A stretch of DNA of 64,000 bases, taken from contig JAHRHZ010000075.1 of the NCBI GenBank assembly GCA_024137785.1, forward strand, positions 1,029,210 to 1,093,209. The letters run 5' to 3'. Both the position numbers and the translations under genes were made by a program. Below, one piece after another: positions 1 to 11,645 of this stretch (its first letter is position 1; every line of letters starts with the position of its first letter). Below the pieces are notes generated by a model. It ran no database searches, was not told the origin of the DNA, and saw only the letters and a list, made by a program, of their open reading frames with translations. The stretch comes from Ginglymostoma cirratum (Eukaryota).

Positions 1-120
1 TCCATCTAACCTGTACAGCTTTGCGCTGCGAGAAGAAACCCACAAAGACATAACCCCCAAGGCTGGGCTCGAACGCGGGTCCCTAGGGCTGATGAGGCAG
101 TAGCACTAACCACTGAACCC
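1..120 (-). mobile_element. tRNA-derived SINE (HE1-like), 5' part
   Basis: Minus strand reads ggttcagtggttagtgctactgcctc...gggacccgcgttcgagcccagcc (pol III A and B boxes), followed by a gtgggtttc...ggttagatgga body. Confidence 0.75.
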
Positions 121-975
121 TTAAAGTGCCTTTTTGGGCATAGAAGCACTACAGGCTAAGCCAGTAAGCTGCACTCAAGAGGCTGATAATCAAATACAGA
201 TTGAATAAAATACAACTACGAAGCTGGAATAAAAGAAGCCAAAAATAGGTAGGTCCTGGGCAGTCGGGAAAGAAAGCCCTTTTTCCCCCAAAGTGCTTCC
301 AGACATTGAAGATGCTAATTAGTTAACATGATTGGAGTTCGTCTCGTTATGAACATTTTACAAAGCCGTGCGTTCACGCCTGAGTGTTTGCAATGGGTCT
401 TTCTGTACCATTCGTATACCGTTCGCTGTTACGGTGATAGTGCAATGCTGAATGTGTACCTGTATAATAAAGAGATGATTTGAGAGTTTTGATAGTTGAC
501 AGCTCGTTATGTAGGGAGCAGAGCTCTTTATTGAGATCTTAAAGTTCCGGTTTTATCGCACTCTTACCCTGGAAGTTCTCCTATTTTGAAATGAACTCAA
601 TTCAAACAGCTCCTCAAATATAACTGACAATGGTATTCTCGACTTCCTCTTCAAAATGTGCATTTATTGCACTGACCTTGACAGGCCGTTGCCCTGGCCA
701 TTTTATCCTTATATTCACTATTAGACTGGTAGCATTATCCATTTCTGTTTCAACCCTGTCAAACATCTCCTCATACTTTTAAATGAAGAATATTTATAAT
801 TGATTATTATTATCTGAGGGTTAAAGACCGCCTCGGGTTAATTGACCTTTTTTGTCTATCTAATCGATGTGCCAACTTTCTACAGTCAATTTGTAGCTGA
901 ACTTTAGGTGGTCAGAGACAGGGAGATGGAAAAGTGATTGTAGCGAGATTGCTAACAGAACTGCTCCTGCTGTAT

Positions 976-1113
976 AAAAACCGAAAGAACCGCAGGTGCC
1001 GTAAATCAGAAACAAAAATAGAAATTGTTGGGAAAGCTCAGCGGGTCTGGCAGCATCTGGCAGGAGAGAAATCAGAATTAACGTTTCGAGTCCAGGGACC
1101 CTTCTTCAGAGCT
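976..1113 (-). mobile_element. Short Penelope-derived non-autonomous repeat, subfamily A
   Basis: Shares the core aaacagaaatt..gg.aaagctcagc.ggtctggcagcatctg with copies at 1548, 8783, 11235, 23175, 44084, 44233 and 49229. Possible imperfect TSD ctgctcctg (961-969) / cttctcctg (1112-1120). Confidence 0.75.
1076..1113 (-). ncRNA. Minimal hammerhead-ribozyme-like motif
   Basis: Minus strand: AGCU CUGAAGA A GGGUC CCUG GACUC GAAAC GUU AAUU. Conserved core boxes and stem II are present; stem I is imperfect. Confidence 0.5.
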
Positions 1114-1547
1114 TCTCCTGTACATTGGGCGAAAACCAGTGGACAAACTCCAATATTTTTGTAATGTGAAGAGGGGATATCAGAGGGAAAAGGGGGTGCT
1201 GGGGGTGATAAGAGAGACAGAGCGGTTCAAATTATAGCATTTGCTTAATCCGTGAGCAACACACAGGCTGGGGGTTGGGTATCGGTTATAACTTCAAAAT
1301 TTATGAATGAGAAAACGACGCTGCAGCGCCATTCGAGTAGGTTTTCCTTGGTGTATTAATCATCAGTAGGGAAGGCGGGGAGGCTGAGAGAGGCTCCGAT
1401 TGATACCCAGCCCTTTCTAATGAAGAACAGAAACAATGTTGAGTCCCGATTCTTTCCGAGGCGCAACAGAGGTCGAGTGCGATGTAACACCTTTCTCCTT
1501 GTGTTAACTATTCTGTTCGCGGAGAATTCATACTCATTTCTCCCCCA

Positions 1548-1730
1548 AATAAAAACAAAGAATTGAGGGTGCTGAAATCTGAAACAAAAACAGAAATCTG
1601 GCAGCATCGGTGCAGCGAGAAACGGAGTTAGCGTTTCGAGTCCAGTGACCCTCCTGAAAATGTCTCTCTCCACAGATGCTGCCAGAGCTGCTGAGGTTCC
1701 CTACATATTGCTACCTGTTTTTGTTTCTCA
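1548..1730. mobile_element. Penelope-derived repeat, fold-back (inverted) form, subfamily A
   Basis: Left arm ...ctggcagcatcggtgcagcgagaaacggagttagcgtttcgagtccagtgaccc; right arm ctctccacagatgctgccaga...ctgtttttgtttc is its reverse complement. Confidence 0.7.
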
Positions 1731-1732
1731 CT

Positions 1733-1995
1733 CATAGAGTCACAGAACACAGAAACAGACTCTTTGGTCCAACCAGTCCATGCCGAACATAATTCCAAAT
1801 TAAATTAATCCTATCTGCCTGCTCCTGGCCCATATCCTTCCAAACCTTTGCTAGTCATGTACTTAGCTAAGTCTTTTTAAAGTTGTAACTGTGCCCCACC
1901 TCTTCATCGGAAAGTTCATCCCACACGGGAACCACGTTTCTTTTTTTAAAATTTCACTCCTGTCACCTTAAAAATATTTCCCCACGTCTTTAACC
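1733..1995 (-). mobile_element. CR1 LINE 3' end fragment
   Basis: Tail catagagtcacagaacacagaaacagactctttggtccaaccagtcc; same family as 36093-36300. Confidence 0.75.
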
Positions 1996-2799
1996 CTCGC
2001 CCCATCTTTCATGTTGAAACCAGATTAAATGCTCTCCTGTGGCACACGTGTTCACCTCCTTTGCAGCAAATGTATGTTGCAAAATCGTCAGTGAATGTGG
2101 CTAATGAAGAAAATTGGCATCCTAACAATGTCACTGTAGAGCTACCGTCTGTACTGTCCTGAAAAAGAGAACGGGCAACCCCCCCCCGTCAGCAGAACAA
2201 TGGCCGGTGCCAATGTTACTTCACAAACTCTGAAATATTTCGGGCTGAAGAATTCAAGGGTGATTTACTCCTTTGGTTTGTTAAACTGCATCAAATGTGG
2301 TGCTGTCCGTTTCACGGCGTGATGACTAGTTTTATTTTTATTGGCAGTGATCCAGGTCTCCTTGGTGAATGTTGTGCTGCTATTCCTACATGAGATGTCA
2401 GGGCATCGGCGAAATGTGCGCTCTGTAAGCAGCCGAAAAGGAGCGGTTCCACATGGTGGTGCTGAAAGGTCCTGGACAGATTGGACAGGGCACACGCGGG
2501 AATGCTGCAAGTGACTATTTTCCTTGGAGCTAGAGAGAAAGTGTGAATACCCGCGGGAAAATTCGAATTAATAACTAAGGGCACGCAGACTCCACATTTC
2601 AGGCCCAGCCTAGATACATATTTACGGACTCGTTTTCGTTTCTGTTACGATCACTTTGGTTCGTTCTTTGGCCAGAATTGTCGCAAATTTACGAGTTCCA
2701 GTGCTGCGCAAGTTACGTGCAGAATGTGTTGATCTGATAGACATCTATTCCATCTTCTCTCTACTTTCCTTCCGCCCCCCGCCCCCCTTTTTATCTAAA

Positions 2800-4245
2800 A
2801 TAGGAGCATAGGAGGTGGTCCAGAGAAGGTTCACTAGGCTGATACCAGGCATGGAGGTTTTATGAGGAGAGTTGGAGTAGGAACAAAGAACAAAGAACAA
2901 AGAACAGAGAAAATTACAGCACAGGAACAGGCCCTTCGGCCCTCCAAGCCTGTGCCCATCCAGATCCTCTATCTAAACCTGTTGCCTATTTTCCAAGGAA
3001 ATGTATTCCTCTGCTCCCTGCCCGTTCATGTATCTGTCTGGATACATCTTAAATGACGCTATTGTGCCTGCCTCTACCACCTCCGCTGGCAACACATTCC
3101 TGGCACCACCACCCTCTGTGTAAAGAACTTTCCATGCATATCTCCCTTAAACTTTTCCCCTTTCACCTTGAAATCATGACCCCTAGTAATTGAACCCCCC
3201 ACTCTGGGAAAAAGCTTCTTGCTATCCACCCTGTCTATACCTCTCATGATTATGTAGACATCAATCAGGTCCCCCCCTCAACCTTCGCCTTTCTAATGTA
3301 AATAATCCTAATCTACTCAACATCTCTTCATAGCTAGCGCCCTCCATACCAGGGAACATCCTGGTGAACCTCCTCTGCACCATCTCCAAAGCATCCACAT
3401 CCTTTTGGTAATGTGGCGACCAGAACTGTATGCAGTATTCCAAATGTGGTCGAACCAAAGTCCTGTACAACTGTAACATGAGCTGCCAACTCTTGTACTC
3501 AATACCCCATCCGATGAGTGAAAGCGTGCCGTATGCTTTCTTGACCACTCTATCCACCTGCGTTGCCACCTTCAGGGTACAATGGACCTGACCACCCAGA
3601 TCTCTCTGTGCATCAGTTTTCCCCAGGGCTTTTCCATTTACTGTATAGTTTGCTCTTGAATTGGATCTTCCAAAATGCATCACCTCGCATTTGCCTGGAT
3701 TGAACTCCGTCTGCCGTTTCTCCACCCAACTCTCCAATCTATCTATATTCTGCTGCATTCTCCAACAGTCCCCTTCACTATCTGCTACTCCACCAATCTT
3801 AGTGTCATCTGCAAACTTGCTAATCAGTAGTTTGGGCCTGTACTAAGGTTATAGACAAACAAGAAGCAACCTTAATGAAAAATCTAAGTTTCTTGGGGAA
3901 CATGACATGTTAGATGCTGAAAGTTTGTTTTTCCTTCTGGATGAGTCTATGACCAGAGGGTATAATCTCAGAATAAGGGGTCACTCATTTAAGACAGAGA
4001 TGAGGGGGAATGTCTTCTTTCAGAGTAGAATTGTTTGTTCCAGAGAGCTGTTAAGGATGGGTCATTAAGTATGTTCAAGACTGAGATAGTAAGATTGTTA
4101 ATCAGTGAGGAAACAAATGGTTAGGGGAAAAGGCGGGAAAGTGGAATTGATGAGTATTAGATCAGCCATGATCCCATTCACTGGTGAAGAAGACTCAATG
4201 AGAGGAATGGCCTACTTCTGCTCCAAAATCTTATGGTCTTTATGA
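2800..4245 (+). mobile_element. CR1 LINE 3' fragment split by a younger antisense CR1 (host parts 2800-2880 and 3826-4245)
   Basis: VQRRFTRLIPGM-encoding sequence at 2817-2853 resumes at 3826 (agtagtttgggcctgtac) and ends in a tatggtct tail near 4240. Confidence 0.8.
2881..3825 (-). mobile_element. Relatively young 5'-truncated CR1 LINE (RT C-terminus and 3' tail)
   Basis: ORF 3261..3758 (FNPGKCEVMHFGRSN...LYRTLVRPHLEYCIQFWSP...VQRRFTRMFPGM) is CR1 ORF2. (GAACAAA)3 tail at 2881. Flanked by AGTAG at 2876-2880 and 3826-3830. Confidence 0.92.
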
Positions 4246-6094
4246 TCACATCTGGAAGTCTGGAGCTACTGTTGTTTCAACATCCAGCAAGGCTGCGCTG
4301 GTGGATTAGTAAGCTCCTTCATTTGAGATAGGTATCCACATTCACAACACTCTCAGCTATCTGGGTATATTACTCCTATGTCCTATTAGGGAACATAATC
4401 CAGACTTTTGTGTCCAATGTAGCTGTATTAGAGGCGCTGTTCATAAAATCTTGATAAACACAGGCATTCAGAGAATACAAGCCAAGTCCAGTACCAACAG
4501 TATCATTCCAGGTGTTAGGGGCTTTGTGTTGCAGTGATAGCTATTTCTCGGTCAGGAGGCTTGGGCTCAAGTCCCACCTACTCCAAAAGTGTGCAACAAC
4601 ATCATTGAACAGGTCGATTGGGAAACAGTCTCCAGGTGTTACGATAGGATGTTATGACCTGACCTAAAGCTTCCATTATATCCTCACTTCTCTTAGCATA
4701 TGCAAATTCAAGCCAAATGAAACAGGCCTGACCGACAGCCAAATGAGCTGCTGCCTGAAGGCCCACTGTTACTCTGCAGTGAGTGTGTCTGAATGTGATC
4801 TCCCAGGCCGTCTGCCTGTGGTTGTACAGTCTTCTGCATTCAACTTTGAGTTTAAACATTTTAGATCATAAATTTTGCCTCCATTTTGTTTCTTTTTTTG
4901 CTGGTTTGTTGTTTACTTGATTCTTCCTTTATATCACATTTGGAAAGTTACTATTCAGTCAGCCATATTTCATGTAGATACATCGTTTGTTTCTTTGCCA
5001 TTACCATTCCCTTTGGCTTATGTACCACAACATTGCACATCCATTTCATTGGGATTGTTCTCGTCTGGTTGAACTCTTGTCTTCAAGTGAGGCACAATGC
5101 TTCTAGCAATTTTTTTTTCTGTCACCAACAACCACACAGTCTCACCTGAGGAGGTGCTAGCAGAATTACATTGTTAATCTGTGTTTACATGACTTTCCAT
5201 GTGACATCATCCCTAAACATGAGGATGACTTCTAGAAAAGATGTGAATGTCATTCAGCTTAGCCACTCGGTTCCACATCTCAAGCTCACTTGCCTCCCTC
5301 CTCCACCCCCCACCCCACCATTGCCCAGCACTGCTTCTGTGCTGTTAGACTGCTTGACCAATAGCCAGTCTAACTACACTGCCATTTCCTCCAATTAATT
5401 ACCACAAAAACCAAAACTATCATAAGTGGTTCCAACTGTATAGTATGATTTCATGCCACTGACCTCACTGGCTCCTGATAACTGTAACATGCTCACCTTT
5501 GGCCCTTTCTAAATCTGCTCTCATTTCCATATTCCATTTAATATAGAAAGAAAACATATTCAGAGATTCACTGGAATATAATACTTAAATATCTAAGGTA
5601 GGCTGTCATTCTCCATCCTGTCTAAATGTCAGCTCTGCTCAAGTATCCTATGTGACAATTAGTCCTTCTCATCTATTTCCCTCATTCATTATGAGTTCCT
5701 TGTTCCTCTGATAGCTTGAATTTTGATTTCTTATCCTCATAATTAAATCTATCTGTGACCTTTCCATCACTTTGTCCCTGTAACCTCTGACAGCATTAAA
5801 AATATGTTATCTATTCCTTTGTGCTTTGCTTCTTCTTTTTTCTAACATCTGTGATAGTGTCAAATGCATATCTATAAGCCGTTAATAAGGGCTCTTATTT
5901 CCAACCTTGTAAAATTGCCTCACTACACCTTGCCTCAGCTCATCTGCTGCTGAAAGCCTCAGCCATGCCTTTGCTCCTTCTAAATTTGACGATTCTAACA
6001 CATAACTAGTTGGCCTTCTACATTCTACCTTGTATAAACTTAATATTTTCAAGTAGTGGAGATATCAGAGCTGATGGATAGGATGAAAATTGGT

Positions 6095-7685
6095 AGGCAG
6101 AATACACTGCAAGGGCTGTCTGTGCTTAAAGTGGATGAACTGCCAGGTCCATTTGGCTTGAATTTAAATATGCTAAGACAAGTGAGGATATACTGGAAGT
6201 ACCCACCATAACCTCTCATACCTCTTTAGATATCTTTCTAAAGATGATGCAAGTGGCAAATTTGACACACTATTTCAAGAAATGGTGTAGGGACTTTCCT
6301 TGTAACTCTGCACCAGTCAGTTTAACCTCAGTGGCAGGTAAGGTTTTAGAAACTATGTTGGGGTAAAAAGTAAACTTGGAGAGGTTTGAATTAATTAAGG
6401 TGTGCCAGCATGGATTCTAAAAGGCAGCTTCTGTTTCATAATGAAAGGAAGGCAGATGTTGCCTTTAGGATTTTAAAAATATGTTTGACTAAGAACCACA
6501 TAAAAGGTTTGATAACAAATTGAGGGTTATGTGTTAGTGTCAGCTTTGATTATACAAAAAAAAAGGATTTAGGTTGAAAAATAAGCATTTGGCATGAGTG
6601 AAGACAGTAATGTTCCCCAAAGGCCAGCACTAGGTCCACTGGTTTCTTTATATATAAATGACTTGGATATTTGATTGTGGAATAACATTTCAAAGATTAT
6701 CAATGATACCAACTTGGAAGCATGGCAAGTGTTGAAATGATGCTAATTGATTGAAGCAAGGCACATATAGGCTAACATATATGTTTGATGGAAGTCAATG
6801 CAGAGGAGTATGAGGTTTGATAGAAGGGAAAGGAAGAGATGCGGTTTTAAATAGTGTGAAGGGACAGAGAAATATGGGCATCAAATTGCATAGTTGGTTG
6901 ATGGTGGCAGGTCTTCTTGAAATGTTAGCGAAATATATGTATCTTGGGCTTCAAAAATAGATGTATTGAGTACAGGATGATTTTGCTGGATCTCTATGAA
7001 ATTTTGTTTAGGCCACAACTACTTGGATTATTGCAGCCAGTTCTAGTCACCACACTTTAGGAAGGAAGTGAAGACCATTAGGAAGGTAAAGATGAGATTT
7101 ACCAGAACAGTTCCAGGGATTTTGGAGCATTGTTAACTATGCTGGAAAATCTGGAGACATTCCCTTGAAGGTTAGGGATTAGGGAGAAGTGATAAGAGAG
7201 TTACGCCATATAAGATCATAAGACCATCAGATACAGGAGCAGAATTAGGCTATTCAGCCTATTGACTCTGCTCTGCCATTCAATCTTGGCTGATATGTTT
7301 ATCAACCCATTCTCCTGCCCTTTCCCCCAACCTTTGACTGCTTTACTAATCAAGAAGCTATCTATCTCTGTTTAAATACATAGCAGGTTTGTAGAAGATA
7401 ATCTGTTTTCATTGGTTTATGGTGCAAGAGAATGGATAGAGATTTAAGGTTTTGGGGAAGAGATGTAGTGTGGATTTGAGGAAAATGTATGTGCCTAGAG
7501 ATTGGTAATGACCTTGAACTTGCTGCAAATAAAATTTGTGGAAGCAGACATCAATGATTTCAATGAAAATTAGATAGGGACTTGAGTGAAATAAATTTGT
7601 GGGATTGCAGGGAAATGAGTTTGTACAAAGTGCCAGATTTGATTGACCTCCTACTCTGCCATTATGATTCCATGACTCTATATAA
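6095..7685 (+). mobile_element. Old, degraded CR1 LINE ORF2 remnant with a nested antisense CR1 tail (~7208-7380)
   Basis: Decayed CR1 motifs: ccagtcagtttaacctcagtggcaggtaagg (PVSLTSVxGK), cagcatggatt (QHG), ttaggccacaact (RPQL). Nested cataagatcataagacc tail. Confidence 0.75.
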
Positions 7686-7811
7686 TGCTTCCCATCTCCT
7701 AACGTACAATAAATGCCATTCACCCATGATTTCTGTTCTCATTGACCCATGCTGGCTCCCAGTAATGAACTAATCTCATGATCAGTACAAAATGCTATAC
7801 TGATGTTGATT

Positions 7812-8036
7812 ATCATAGAATCATAAAATCCCTACGGTGCGGAAAAAGGCCCTTTGGCCCAACAAGTCCACACTGACCCTTGGAGCATCCCACCCACACC
7901 CATCCCCTTATAACCCACCTAAGCTACACTTCCCTGAACACCACGGGAAATTTAGCATGGCCAATCCAGCTAACCTGCACATCTTGGGACTTTGGGAGGA
8001 AACCCACACAGACACGTGGAGAATGTGCAAACTCCA
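7812..8036 (-). mobile_element. HE1-like SINE (V-domain and CR1-like tail)
   Basis: atcatagaatc tail, tttagcatggccaatcca.ctaacctgcacatc, and gagaatgtgcaaactcc core. Confidence 0.8.
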
Positions 8037-8089
8037 TTATACTGAAATAAGAAAACTCTTGCATTTATTGTGTGCTTTTCTTATCCCAA

Positions 8090-8420
8090 GGCTGTTTCAA
8101 TGTTTTTCACAGCTACTGAATTTCTTTTGAAGTGCAGTCATTTTTTTTTGTCTCAAACATGATGGCTGATTTACACATGGCAATGTCATTTGAATCGTAA
8201 AAATTAAACTGTCTAGTAAATATCTTTTGTTGGTATTGGCTGAATGATGAAAGTTTGGAAGCCATCTTCTTGTTTTTCCTCAGAAATGTCATGGTATCCT
8301 TTGTATCCACCCAAACAAATAATCAGAACTGCAGCTTAACGTGTCATCTGAAAATAACACATCTGGCAATGGAACAGTTTGTAAGTATTACACACACATC
8401 AGCTGAAATGACCGTCTTAT
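8090..8420 (-). mobile_element. Ancient Deu-domain SINE remnant (SacSINE1/AmnSINE1-like)
   Basis: cttttgaagtgcagtca...gtcatggtatcctttgtatccacc...cttaacgtgtcatctgaaa resembles the Deu central domain as recalled; not aligned. Confidence 0.5.
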
Positions 8421-8782
8421 GCCTTACATAGAAATGAACTCCCAAATGAACAAATAAGAGAGCTATCATCCTTGAAAGGAAAAACTTATTCTTTTCTTTC
8501 TGATTAAGCCAACATTGTGCTAATCCTGTGCTGATGTAATATCATAGATAACGGAATTGTTGTGTATTCTCTTACTGTAATCTTATTATCTTTAGAGTAC
8601 CACATGTTACCATCAGACCTGAAATGTAATGGCAGGTTTATGTCACACTACGTACAGGGGTGAAAGAGCCCTACTCACTGACTCTTTAAAATTGAATATT
8701 TAAATAGAGTCAATAGAAATAGAACTTTTAAAATAATTATAAAGATGCGAGAAGGGAGTTTTTTCACAAGATTGATTGTAGT

Positions 8783-8990
8783 AAAATAAAACAAAATATT
8801 GTAGATGCTGGAGATCTGAAATAAAAACAGAAATTGCTGGAGAAAATAAGTAAGTCTGGCAGCAGCAGATGTGTTGATGTCTTTAGTCCAAAGAAGCTCC
8901 AAAGAGTTACCAGACTGAAATTGTTAACTTTTTTTGTCCTCTCTTTCCACAGATTCCACCAGATCTGCTTTTTTGTTTTTGTTTTTTGTT
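8783..8990. mobile_element. Penelope-derived repeat, fold-back form
   Basis: gatgctggagatctgaaataaaaacagaaattgctggag...ctggcagcagc, followed by gaaattgttaac...ccacagattccaccagatctgc. Confidence 0.7.
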
Positions 8991-10744
8991 TTTGCAGAGT
9001 ATTATAAACTCAGTCTAAGATATGGTTTCACAACTCTTGGAATTAGTACTTTCTGTAATTGGAAGATGAAACTGTTCCCTAAGTTCTAATACTGCTTTTG
9101 TCTCAATTCACTTCAAAAAGAGTTTAATTTGCTGCAAAGTACATTGGGACATCCTGAGGTCATGCAGGCAGAATATAAATTCACGTCTTTCATTCTTCCA
9201 ATCATTTTCAATAAATTTGTGTAACAATTTAGTCCAATACCTTAGTTGAGAAATGTTATTGCATGACTTAATTTATCTTTAGCTGCCATCTATATGGAAT
9301 TCTAATATACTCTAAAAGTTAACTTGGGACTAATTTTAGAAAATAATAGCTTGACATTTTGGCAGTGGAATGGAGTTCCACTCTCGGGAAGGAGCAAATG
9401 CATTCATTGCTGTGTTTCTTTCAATTGATACAATGTTCCCCACTGATTCAGTGTAATCTCCATTCCACCTTAACAAGAATGAACTAGCATTACAAAAGGA
9501 AAGGATTTACCAGAATTCCCATTATTTTTGAAAGATTCATGAGTCTTTACTTTCTCAAGAAGAGGGTCAATTACCTAATGTCAAACAGAAAGTCAACAAA
9601 TGTATTCATCTGTGTTTCAGAGACTGGTATTGTGTTATAAATAAGTCAATAAGGATGAATTGTTGTATATCACTGCAAATCTGCTGAGTATGACTAATGA
9701 ATTCAACTGTATGATACTGTCCAGGCCTAGTTAATTCTGCATTCTGACTGAATTGTATTTTACTGGGGTCAAGATTCTAGTCTTTGCCAATTTTATTTAA
9801 AACATAGCATGGCTGCGTAGGCATAAAACAATAATGGACATTCATATATCGTTAGCATTTCTAAGACCATTCCTATCTTTTCAAAATTGGCAAAACGTTT
9901 TGTCAGAAGTTTCAATTTCACACCTTAGCTTAGTTAAGATGATAATTGAGGATACCGTGCAGAACTCTGCAGCATGATAGTCAAATTAGAAAGTGACAAT
10001 CTTACTATGACTAACATGTCATTAATGAACCTATTGAAGGAAAATGTCTTGAGCATCAAGCAGACATTTATAGAAGTATAGAGGTGCAGGATAAATGTAT
10101 CCTGTGAGATAGAAATGAAATATAATCTTTACTGGGAGGCAAGAGTAAAAGAAACATATAAAATGATCACGCTAACTACAAAATCATGGACTGTGTCAAT
10201 TTACTTTAAAAGCAATATGTTTCACTATGAGTTAGTTAAACACAATTGATCCACCTCCAGATATAAGGCATTTTATTGCTGATCAATGAATTAGCTCCAA
10301 GGTTTAATCAAAACTCCCAAAGTGTGAAATGCTATTTATAATGAAGTTCAGAGTGATCTTAAGAAACTCAACTTACATGAATTCTGATAGCAATTTTATT
10401 ATTTCTATTTCAGCAGTCATAATTGAAAGCAAATTCAATTGCTTGATTCAGAAATAAACTAACTTCTGCCTCTAGTACGGCGAAGTTTTGAATTAAGTCC
10501 CATAAAATATAATTGCACGTAATTTGGGGTTGAATTGCATTGTTGCAGTAATAGAGAGATATGAAGACATAAACCTCTCAGTACAAGATTCCTATCCCTG
10601 TCTGTGGAAAGTGCAATTTTAAAAAGCATTTGCAGTCTGTAACTCTAGTCCTCCACTTGTGAGCTTCCTTTCATTAATATTGTGCATATTATAGTTGATA
10701 GTTGGAGGAAGAAACCTGACTCAATTGTATTTCTAGGTCGATCC

Positions 10745-11645
10745 TGCAAAATGCTGAAAATAAACAACAGATTCAGCAGCATCTGAGAAGAAAAAGACAA
10801 GTTTTAACATTTTAATAGAGAGTATTTCTTATACTGAAAGATGAAGTCAAACCATATTAAATGGCTGATAAAGACGAAGGGGATAAGTGAATGACTGATA
10901 AAGGCTGCAGATCACATTTGCTGAAGTTACTTCAAAGAATCACCTAATGAGGTTAATAACCTGCGAACAGATTCCTTCCACAACACTCTTGTTCAGTTTT
11001 CTTTCACTCCTACTACCTCCACTACTCTTCTTCACAGGCACTTTCTCATCAAATTATTGCAGCTGCAACACCTGTCCATTCATTTCTGGCCAGACGAATG
11101 TTCAATGCCCAGATAATTTCTGTATGAGGTGATGATTAACAATTATTTCTTCTAATATAATATATTGCTCACAATGCAATACTTCATGCATCAGGAAGTC
11201 CAAGTGCAGACTGGGAAATAGCTTTACACTCATAACAAAACAAAGAAGTGTGGTTACTGGAAATCTGGAACAAAACAGGAAGTGCCGGAGAAACTTAGCA
11301 GGTCTGGCAGCATCTGTGGAGAGAAAGCAAAGTTGACATTTTGAGTCCAGTGAAGAAAGGCCCCTCTGCCTTCTCTCCACAGATGTTGCCAGACCTACTT
11401 AGTTTCTCTAGCAATTTTTGTTTTAGTTTCAACTGTGTATTCAAATACATTTTGTCTGTTAGGGTAGCTTCTCAATTCTTTATCATTTCATGTAAGCATT
11501 ACATTCCCATTTGAAAATTTCCTTCTTTAACCTGCTACATTAACCAAACCAAGCTCAGTGTAAATGCACAAGCAGCCTTCTATCCTTTTGCCTTGGTAGT
11601 CTGAAGTTGCCTAGCTTTACCACTGACTTTAATTGCTTCAGATCT
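10745..11645 (+). mobile_element. Degenerate Penelope-like retroelement: GIY-YIG endonuclease remnant with inverted 5' terminal repeat
   Basis: Conceptual translation across frameshifts gives CNTCPFI (11065), SSNIIYC..C, KCRLGNSF (~11200) and LSFCLGSL...TDFNCFR (~11580-11642), matching the Penelope GIY-YIG region. An inverted terminal-type repeat lies at 10745-10815. Confidence 0.7.
11235..11430. mobile_element. Penelope-derived fold-back repeat nested in the older Penelope remnant
   Basis: agcaggtctggcagcatctgtggagagaaag ... cttctctccacagatgttgccagacctact are inverted arms. Confidence 0.8.
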
